IMG/VR virus record: IMGVR_UViG_3300020219_000015
From: an uncultured virus (IMG/VR IMGVR_UViG_3300020219_000015)
Lineage: Duplodnaviria; Heunggongvirae; Uroviricota; Caudoviricetes
Direction: 5' to 3' (one strand)
DNA length: 20,000 nt
Positions 8,823-15,856 of the stretch are shown piece after piece (positions within the stretch are counted from its first letter, which is position 1; the number at the start of each line of letters is the position of its first letter). The translations under genes and the position numbers were made by a program. The notes under the pieces were generated by a model that was given only the letters and a program-made list of their open reading frames with translations, ran no database searches and was not told where the DNA came from.

Positions 8823-10187
8823 TTATACTACTGCTGCATCTACTACAAGAGTTCCTACTAATATAGTAGTATTTCCATTGATAGCCAAGTTAGCTACAGA
8901 TGTTCCATATACATGGACATTTTCAGCTGTAACACTATTTATAGAATTAGCTCCTGCTCCTGCAATAAGAGTGGTAGAGTTTAATATTAAAGTTGAAGCA
9001 AAATCTTTTCTAATTGCTTCTGTTGCTGCAGCTGGTGTTATAACTCTACAAGAGTTTAGTATTAGTACTCCACTACCAAAATTAATAACTGGTACAAATA
9101 GTGTACTTGTTATAGTTCCTCCATTGACAATTATTTGTCCTCCTACAGCTGCTCCACTATTATTTACAGCAACTGCTCCTGCAGCACTACTACTTATATC
9201 TCCATTAAATACACATCTTCCTGTAGATCCTAATTGATAACCATGTGCTGAAGCATTTGATCCTGATGTAGTATTTCCATTAACTGTAAGATTTCCGGAA
9301 CCTGCTGTAGTACCACATATACCAAGTGTATTTGTACTATTTCCATTAAGAATGGTTGATCCTGCAGAGATCACTATATTGGCAGCATTACTAGATGCAT
9401 TGATATTACCATTCATAGTTATAGTTCCTCCGGTATTGGTAATTGCTTGACCTGCTGAATTTGTGATATTTCCATTTAAAGTAGCAGTTCCTGCAGATAT
9501 TAAAATACCTCCACTAGTACTAACTATATTTCCATTGGAAACTAGTATACCTGCTTGTACTTGTATAGGTGTTCCATTAGTAGTATTTACAGTACCGTAA
9601 GTTGTTAGTGTACCGTTAGTAAGAAGAATAGTATTAAGAAGGTTGGAATTAAAATTATTAGCATATACTGTAACTACACTTCCTGCATTCTGAAGTCTAA
9701 TAGCATGGCCATTTGTTCCTGCTGTAGTTCTTTGTATAGTGTGGGCATTATATATAACACTATTACAAGCTATATTATTATCATCAATAGCAGCTAGTGC
9801 TCCTGCTGCCAGATCTATAGATCCTCCATTGAGGTCCCAATCAATAAAATTACCTAGAACTATGCCTTCTGCAGAATTAAAGTTTTTTACACTAATACTT
9901 ATCCTTTTGGTAGCACTAGGAGTTAATGCTGCTGCTGCAATTGAAGCTGCTGCTTTGGTTAAAAAAGGCAAATCTGCCCTTTCAGCCAGACCAGTACTAT
10001 CTGATCCAAAACTTTCATCTACAAATACAGTATTTGAAACAGGTAATTGTAATGCTCCATCTCTTATATCTGCAAGAGTACATTGTAAAGCAGCAGTACC
10101 TGGTCCTTGAACTACAGGGAAAATATCTGTTAAAGCTAGTGGTACTACAGCTAAGTTAAATTGATCGACTCTTTTATCTACTGCCAT
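8823..10187 (-). CDS. Probable beta-helix (pectin-lyase-like fold) spike, 454 aa, with N-terminal KRVDQF module
   Basis: 'TVFVDESFGSDSTG...PFLT' matches the cap motif that typically precedes right-handed beta-helices; followed by ~21-aa G/N/I-rich rungs ending in '[LM]NGNI'. Confidence 0.7.
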   Translation of the reverse strand: MAVDKRVDQFNLAVVPLALTDIFPVVQGPGTAALQCTLADIRDGALQLPVSNTVFVDESFGSDSTGLAERADLPFLTKAAASIAAAALTPSATKRISISVKNFNSAEGIVLGNFIDWDLNGGSIDLAAGALAAIDDNNIACNSVIYNAHTIQRTTAGTNGHAIRLQNAGSVVTVYANNFNSNLLNTILLTNGTLTTYGTVNTTNGTPIQVQAGILVSNGNIVSTSGGILISAGTATLNGNITNSAGQAITNTGGTITMNGNINASSNAANIVISAGSTILNGNSTNTLGICGTTAGSGNLTVNGNTTSGSNASAHGYQLGSTGRCVFNGDISSSAAGAVAVNNSGAAVGGQIIVNGGTITSTLFVPVINFGSGVLILNSCRVITPAAATEAIRKDFASTLILNSTTLIAGAGANSINSVTAENVHVYGTSVANLAINGNTTILVGTLVVDAAVV

Positions 10188-10207
10188 TTTATTTAGTTTT
10201 TAAATTA

Positions 10208-11773
10208 TTATCCTAAAAGCCATTTTGATCCATCAAGTTGTAAGAAGTATCCTCTGGCCGGGTCTCCTGCTGTACCTGTCCATAACCAGAATGATCCCGG
10301 TAATGTAGATACTGTTCCAAAAGGACAGAAGATATCAACTCCATCTACAGTCACTACTGCTCTTATTTTATATGTAGTTCCTGAAGTCACACCTGCACCA
10401 CTAAATGTTCCACCTACTGGGCCTATTGCAGGATTAATGAAGTTCATAGAAGTTACCAAAGTAACTCCTGCTGCATCATACAACTGAATAGTATATGTTA
10501 TAGGTGTTCCTACTATATTATTAAATGTGAATGGAATGGTTGTCTCAGTAGGAGTAGTAGTTATAGTAGGACAAGCTGTAGTATTAACTATAGTATAATT
10601 AATCTCTCTCTCACAGGTTGTATTAGTTGAAGGATTAGTCCAGCATCCAAATAGCTCAAGATTGAAATTACAAGCAAGGCTTAAAGGTGTTGCAGAAATA
10701 TCTATTGAGTATCCTGGTATGTTATTAACATATGTTAATACCGGTATATTAGTAATTAACTGTGTTCCAAAACAATCTGTAATTATTAACTCATTTCCTG
10801 CAGAGAAGCAATCTATAAATCCTGCAGGTACTGAGCCGGTAAAGAATAGTGTAATTATTGTACCTGAGAAAGTAGCTGTCATATTAATTACTAAAGCCTC
10901 ACATCCTGTAGGACAACATGTTTCTTGAATATTTTTAACTGCAGCTCTTAAATCACATATAGTGATCCACATGTTATTGATTGAGTCTGCTAGATCATTA
11001 TAATTTACTTGAGTGATCCATCCTGAGAGACTACCCATATTTACTCCAGGAAGTCCTAGTGACTGCTCTAGATCTAGACCGGCACATTGTTTCTGTATAG
11101 ATAGAAATATATCATTAGGTGTTCCTGTTGCCGATCTGAGCTCACAGAACTGTTGTTCTAAAGCTGCAACTATTGTAGATATTGGTACTGGATCAGAAGG
11201 TGGTGGAGTGATTACACAAACCGGAAACATTGTTACTTCTGGTTGTGGAACATCACTGCAGCAGTTTAATTCGATATAAGTTAACCTTGCTTCATGATTA
11301 GCAAGAGTCTGTTGTATAGTAGTAATAGTCTGTAGTATAGTGCAGATCTTATTTCCAATTGCAGTAACATAGTCTGTTAACTGCATTGTAGTGATCTGGT
11401 CTCCTAATTGATTTATAAAATAGAAACAAGGAGCAATATTAACTACACAATCAGGACATCCTGTAGGTGTAGGAGGAGCTTCTCCATTACAGCACTGTTC
11501 TAGTGTACATATCTTATCTAGAACAAATTGTAAAAGATCATGAATATTTTCCGGGGTAGGACAAATTGGGTTAAAACAGGTAAGATCAAAAGTATTAATA
11601 TCTAATTGATCAACTAATGTACAGAGCTCCTGGGCTAACTTAGCTACTACATCACTTACAGAATCCCCTTTACATAGTGTTATACAAGGAATATCAGGTC
11701 CTTGCCAGATAACACAGTTAGAGGATATTGGATTACACCCCTCTTGATTTGTATTTGATTGTATTGGAAGCAT
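10208..11773 (-). CDS. Cys-rich scaffold / tail protein, ~521 aa (start revised from 11959 to 11773): coiled-coil segments, FN3/Ig-like C-terminal domains, C-terminal FLQxDGxxWLL tag
   Basis: The 11959 start overlaps the upstream gene by over 120 nt. MLPIQSNTNQEGC at 11773 follows a promoter-like motif. 30 Cys by manual count; heptad segment 'ILQTITTIQQTLANHEARLTYIE'; FN3-like 'GVTSGTTYKIRAVV'. Confidence 0.8.
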   Translation of the reverse strand: MLPIQSNTNQEGCNPISSNCVIWQGPDIPCITLCKGDSVSDVVAKLAQELCTLVDQLDINTFDLTCFNPICPTPENIHDLLQFVLDKICTLEQCCNGEAPPTPTGCPDCVVNIAPCFYFINQLGDQITTMQLTDYVTAIGNKICTILQTITTIQQTLANHEARLTYIELNCCSDVPQPEVTMFPVCVITPPPSDPVPISTIVAALEQQFCELRSATGTPNDIFLSIQKQCAGLDLEQSLGLPGVNMGSLSGWITQVNYNDLADSINNMWITICDLRAAVKNIQETCCPTGCEALVINMTATFSGTIITLFFTGSVPAGFIDCFSAGNELIITDCFGTQLITNIPVLTYVNNIPGYSIDISATPLSLACNFNLELFGCWTNPSTNTTCEREINYTIVNTTACPTITTTPTETTIPFTFNNIVGTPITYTIQLYDAAGVTLVTSMNFINPAIGPVGGTFSGAGVTSGTTYKIRAVVTVDGVDIFCPFGTVSTLPGSFWLWTGTAGDPARGYFLQLDGSKWLLG

Positions 11774-11790
11774 GTCTCTATGTGTGTTAA

Positions 11791-11823
11791 TATAATATAC
11801 AATTAATTTTTTTAATCTCCAAA
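11791..11823 (-). promoter_or_regulatory. Putative promoter TTTGGA-N18-TATATTATA, copy 1
   Basis: TCCAAA at 11818-11823 and TATAATATA at 11791-11799 (+ strand), intergenic; same boxes and spacing as 18008-18040. Confidence 0.6.
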
Positions 11824-11831
11824 ATAAATAT

Positions 11832-14372
11832 CTAAAGTAGCCAAAAAGTTCCATCATCTTGTAAAAAGAAAGCTTCAGTAGAAGTACCACCATCACCTTC
11901 ATATAACCATGCATCTGTAACAGCCGGGATTGGAGGTATTGGACAATCTGATAATTCACTACATATCATTGTACCACATAGGGTTTCTTCATTATAAATT
12001 AAACATCCCTCTATCTCTCCTTGAGCTGTAGTATTCACTCTCTGAAGTAATATACAAATACCTGTTTCATCAAAAGTGATTATCTCTAAATTAACTGAAG
12101 ATATAGATATAGATGCTGTAAGCAGTGCTTGTAGTTGATCTATAGTAGAAGTTGTAGATAATGTAACCGGAGTATTAATTGCTGCACCTCCTATTGTGAA
12201 TGCAAAAATACTTGAAATAGTATCTTCCGTATTAAACTCAGCAACACATAACTTAGTATAGCACATCTCTCCATTAAATACATGTGCAGGAGCTGGGCAT
12301 GGAAACATTGAATTACTTGCTGAACAAGTAGAACATGGATTACAAGTATTACACTTGTTTACTTGACAACATGTAGAAATAGTATTGCATGGATTAGGAA
12401 AACATGCATTGATTTGTTCAGGACAATAATTGGGATCTACTAGTTTACTTAAGTCAGATAATTGCTTTCTTAACCATAGTTGAGGTAAATGAATACCTTC
12501 ACAACAAGTACCTACTCCATATTTTAGCTTTTTAACAACCTTATAGAATCCTTCACCAAATCTCTTGTTATCATTAATATCACATTCTCTCTCATCTATC
12601 TTATAAAAGATCCTTACTGGATCAGGTATAACTTTAGCTGGAGGAGGAATAGGTATTATAACTTTTGGTATACAGCATTCACAATCTGCATAGATCCCGG
12701 GATTATATGAAGTAATAACTACTGCATCATCACATGTACCACTTATAGATACTAACCAACATAATATAGGATCTATCTCAGGTCCTCCTTCAATAACTAG
12801 CTCATTAACAATCTTACCTACTATTTCAGCCAGGTTTGATGTAGTTACAATAGGATCTTCTACACCAGTGCAATTGGTTAATAAATAACATATAGGGGGA
12901 TTACACTCTAAACAATCTGCAAAGACTGTAATTACAGGATCTACTATTACTCCAATAGTATTATCACAATTATTTGCTAATGATACAGTCCAACAGATAT
13001 CTCCAAATGATTCTATCTTAATAGTCTGCCCTAGATATATTTCAAAGTCATTAGATACTGTAATAGGTATATGAGAATCTGTATCAGAACAGTCTGTTAA
13101 TATATAACAAGTTGGATTACATGTATCACAATCTGAAAAACTAGTAATAGTATATCCTCCAGGAAGTCCTATAGATCCAACACATGATCCGGCCAATGTT
13201 ACTTGCCAACAAATATCCCCATATGAAGATACTTTAATTGTCTGACCTACATATGCACTTAGATCATTAGATATAACCTGAGTAGGCTCAACACTTTCAC
13301 AATCAGTTATCAAATAACATATTGGAGGTGCACATGTTTCACAACTAGTGAATGAAGTTATTACTGCTCCTGGTAATGGATTTGGACCTGGAAAATCTAC
13401 ATCATTACATGAAATCTGAGTTACTGTCCAGCATGTATCCGGATCTAAACTAGTTCCTGATACTTTAATTGCTCCTATTCCTATATAGGGTGCTACTACA
13501 TCATTATTTGTTATTACTATATTTTGAGGGTTAGCACAATCTATTAATTGATAACAACATACTATAGGTGCTGACTCTATTTTTACACACTGGTAGTCTT
13601 GACCAGGACATAATGATAGAATATATCCGGGGGCACACTGGTATCCTTGTATCTCAGCTAGTTCAAAATAACTGGATACTCTACTCATACTAGAATATAT
13701 AGTTACTGCAGCTAATTGAACTGGTGAAACATAAGATAATAATTGAGCTAATGTTGCATTATAGATCTCTGCTGCAAATCCTGCAGTAGCTCCTCCTCTA
13801 CTTAATCCTTCAAAAGAGAGGATATTGGTTCCGGCCTGAAGTGTAATTGGAAATACATGCCAATACTGATATGGAAATTGTGTAGAATAAGTTGTAGTTT
13901 GAACAAATACTTGACCATTTAACTTAATTCTAAATTCATTTTCTGCAGAAATACCTATATAGTAAGTGGTCTCTTGTAGTAATTCTAAACAGAATGTAAA
14001 TCCAATCCACTCATTTACATGTTGAACTGGATTTTGATCATCACAAATCCATACACCGGCATTATTTAATCTACCATTATTTACATTGCCATTGCCCCAT
14101 AATACTGTAGGACCACTAGAATTAGTTACAAGAAGTGTATTATTTATTCCATCTAGAAATCTATCTGGAGTTATAGCTGACGTTATGGGTAATGGTCTAC
14201 TATTAGTTGATTCATAAAATAGAGCTCCATTTAGGTTATACTTTGGTTGTCTAATTAAACTACATACCTGATTAATAGGATATCCTGAAAGATTTCCAAT
14301 AGTAATTTTCTGGCAGCCAGAACCATCTGGAGTAATCTGATAACCTGGAGGACAATTACATTCTAGAGCCAT
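11832..14372 (-). CDS. Large Cys-rich multidomain virion protein, 846 aa: EGF-like motif, PA14/jelly-roll-like domain, four 6-Cys repeats, C-terminal FLQxDGxxWLL tag
   Basis: About 55 Cys by manual count; 'CNCPPGYQITPDGSGC'; 'TTYYIGISAENEFRIKLNG...PITLQAGTNILSFEG'; internal repeats. Confidence 0.8.
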   Translation of the reverse strand: MALECNCPPGYQITPDGSGCQKITIGNLSGYPINQVCSLIRQPKYNLNGALFYESTNSRPLPITSAITPDRFLDGINNTLLVTNSSGPTVLWGNGNVNNGRLNNAGVWICDDQNPVQHVNEWIGFTFCLELLQETTYYIGISAENEFRIKLNGQVFVQTTTYSTQFPYQYWHVFPITLQAGTNILSFEGLSRGGATAGFAAEIYNATLAQLLSYVSPVQLAAVTIYSSMSRVSSYFELAEIQGYQCAPGYILSLCPGQDYQCVKIESAPIVCCYQLIDCANPQNIVITNNDVVAPYIGIGAIKVSGTSLDPDTCWTVTQISCNDVDFPGPNPLPGAVITSFTSCETCAPPICYLITDCESVEPTQVISNDLSAYVGQTIKVSSYGDICWQVTLAGSCVGSIGLPGGYTITSFSDCDTCNPTCYILTDCSDTDSHIPITVSNDFEIYLGQTIKIESFGDICWTVSLANNCDNTIGVIVDPVITVFADCLECNPPICYLLTNCTGVEDPIVTTSNLAEIVGKIVNELVIEGGPEIDPILCWLVSISGTCDDAVVITSYNPGIYADCECCIPKVIIPIPPPAKVIPDPVRIFYKIDERECDINDNKRFGEGFYKVVKKLKYGVGTCCEGIHLPQLWLRKQLSDLSKLVDPNYCPEQINACFPNPCNTISTCCQVNKCNTCNPCSTCSASNSMFPCPAPAHVFNGEMCYTKLCVAEFNTEDTISSIFAFTIGGAAINTPVTLSTTSTIDQLQALLTASISISSVNLEIITFDETGICILLQRVNTTAQGEIEGCLIYNEETLCGTMICSELSDCPIPPIPAVTDAWLYEGDGGTSTEAFFLQDDGTFWLL
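12672..13556 (-). repeat. Four tandem ~70-80-aa protein repeats: CYx[LI]x[DN]C...G...CWxV...C...[FY]xxCxxC
   Basis: Units begin CYQLIDC, CYLITDC, CYILTDC and CYLLTNC; each contains CWxV and ends in CxxC; six Cys are conserved per unit. Confidence 0.9.
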
Positions 14373-14387
14373 TACTATTTATACTAT

Positions 14388-14570
14388 TTACAATTGAGAT
14401 AGACTTTGATTATTTTTTGGTAATTGTACTGGTTTTGGTTGTACTTTAGGTTGTGTTAGTTTCTGGTTATATGCACTAACACAACTTGTACAACACTGTT
14501 GTTTATCTAAAGCTACTCTTACGTGGCAGCCACATGATAGTGACGTTCCACAATTATTACATTTTGCCAT
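14388..14570 (-). CDS. Small Cys-rich, putatively metal-binding protein, 60 aa
   Basis: CxxC-x5-CGC-x10-CCxxC (7 Cys); good leader sequence; fits the gap in the operon. Confidence 0.75.
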   Translation of the reverse strand: MAKCNNCGTSLSCGCHVRVALDKQQCCTSCVSAYNQKLTQPKVQPKPVQLPKNNQSLSQL

Positions 14571-14617
14571 ATTACTTGGTTTGTTGGTTTAATATTAGCA
14601 ACCACATTATAATTAAT

Positions 14618-15208
14618 CTATAAATTTCCAATACAGGCTCTGGATATATTTGATCTAGCTATTTTTAATGTATCTGCTGCTTCTTTTATACAATTCCATT
14701 CTTTTATTAATAGATTATCTTTTGTATATTGATAAATCTTTTTCATTTGTTTCTTCCCTGGATTGATATCTGATAACATTCTTTGTCTATTAGATTCATC
14801 TACTCCATTTAGTTTGTTTATATTAGCAACTCTTCTAGCTATAGAGGACTCTTTCATAGGATTTCTATCTGATTTCATCCTTTCTATAATTGCTTTATTA
14901 TTTTGTCTTCCTGTTCCTCCATCTCCACCAATAGTTCCGTTAGTTAATTTACAGAAACTTTTATAATGTTTTATTAATTCTATTTCACAAAAATTTAGAT
15001 TTGATTCAGAACCTGTATATAATATTTTAAAACTAGGTTTTATATTATTAATTTTCAATAATCTTATCCATTTCTGTTTATGAGTACCTAGATATTTTTC
15101 TGTTAAATGTTTACTTAATCTAGACTTAGGAAATAAAGTTTTTCCAATGTATCTAATTTGATCATTTCTAGGATCAACTAATGCATATATATGTCCTTGT
15201 CTTTCCAT
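14618..15208 (-). CDS. Free-standing GIY-YIG homing endonuclease with C-terminal NUMOD1-like domain (start revised to ATG 15208, ~196 aa)
   Basis: 'HIYALVDPRNDQIRYIGKT...RLSKH...E...LTNGTIGGDG' is a GIY-YIG domain; 'KIYQYTKDNLLIKEWNCIKEAA...NISRAC' is NUMOD1-like. The ATG is 1 nt after the upstream stop; the 15229 start is an overlapping GTG. Confidence 0.88.
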   Translation of the reverse strand: MERQGHIYALVDPRNDQIRYIGKTLFPKSRLSKHLTEKYLGTHKQKWIRLLKINNIKPSFKILYTGSESNLNFCEIELIKHYKSFCKLTNGTIGGDGGTGRQNNKAIIERMKSDRNPMKESSIARRVANINKLNGVDESNRQRMLSDINPGKKQMKKIYQYTKDNLLIKEWNCIKEAADTLKIARSNISRACIGNL

Positions 15209-15209
15209 A

Positions 15210-15767
15210 TTAACAATTTCCACACCCACATAAACAACTTAATTTATTTAGTCTCTTTAATGCATATAAATAAATATCCATTCCATGTTTTGGTGAATGA
15301 CAGTATTCTACTTTTGCTTTTGCTGCATCAAATAATGTTCTTATGAACTGAAGTTCTCTAATGAACTTATCTATCTCTGCAGTAGGATCACAACCTCTTA
15401 TATCAAGACAACATAATACATTACTGTATTTTTTTAGTGCTGATGTTATTCTTAAATGATTATATTCTACAAAGACTATATCATTGGGAGAAACACTATA
15501 TCTTGCAATATATACTCCATCTGGTAGGGTATTGAATGTAGTAGTGCAATTAGTTGTTTGAATACCTAAAGCACATGCTGTGATATTCTCTATAAATCCG
15601 GGTTCTATATCTGGTACTATAGAAGCTTCCCAAAATCCTGGACTTGTTATTTCTAACTTAGGACACTCAAGAGGAATAGTAGGATCATAAACTGAAGTAT
15701 CTATAACTCTTATAATGCAAGAGTTCAGTACATCAGGTATTTCTAGACTTAGGACATGTTTTGCCAT
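15210..15767 (-). CDS. Structural protein, probably tail-hub-like (crAss gene 73-like), 185 aa
   Basis: Ig-like N-terminal half ('LEITSPG...LPDGVYIARYSV') plus helical C-terminal half; follows the putative auxiliary capsid gene as in crAss-like synteny; 12 Cys, ends in SCLCGCGNC. Confidence 0.55.
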   Translation of the reverse strand: MAKHVLSLEIPDVLNSCIIRVIDTSVYDPTIPLECPKLEITSPGFWEASIVPDIEPGFIENITACALGIQTTNCTTTFNTLPDGVYIARYSVSPNDIVFVEYNHLRITSALKKYSNVLCCLDIRGCDPTAEIDKFIRELQFIRTLFDAAKAKVEYCHSPKHGMDIYLYALKRLNKLSCLCGCGNC

Positions 15768-15796
15768 AGGTTAAATGTATAAATAAAGTTAATTAA

Positions 15797-15837
15797 AAAT
15801 AAAAAAGGGAAGGAAGTTTTTGTCCTCCTTCCCTTTT
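15797..15837 (-). terminator. Intrinsic terminator after the 702-aa gene
   Basis: Minus-strand RNA GGGAAGGAGG-ACAAAAA-CUUCCUUCCC-UUUUUUAUUUU; perfect GGGAAGGA/TCCTTCCC stem (15807-15814 with 15826-15833). Confidence 0.85.
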
Positions 15838-15856
15838 CTTTACCAATTCATACAAT

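Noticed and set aside
5715..10187. Shufflon or DGR acting on the fibre genes
   Set aside because: Repeats are direct, N-terminal and diverged at synonymous sites; no inverted cassettes, recombinase, reverse transcriptase or adenine-specific TR/VR pair was seen in the window.
10188..10210. Read-through or frameshift fusing the 521-aa scaffold to the 454-aa spike
   Set aside because: Tandem TAA TAA stops, a different frame, and the downstream gene has its own AAAACTAAA leader.
11774..11959. 62-aa N-terminal extension of the 583-aa ORF
   Set aside because: Overlaps the upstream gene and spans an AT-rich promoter-like gap; ATG 11773 is the better start.
4338..14372. Eukaryotic or NCLDV origin suggested by Cys-rich, EGF-like and FN3 motifs
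   Set aside because: Operon-like packing, intrinsic terminators, phage homing endonucleases and crAss-like tail genes indicate a bacteriophage.
14571..15212. Group I intron around the GIY-YIG gene
   Set aside because: Flanking genes look complete and only about 1 and 47 nt of non-coding sequence flank the ORF, too little for a ribozyme core.
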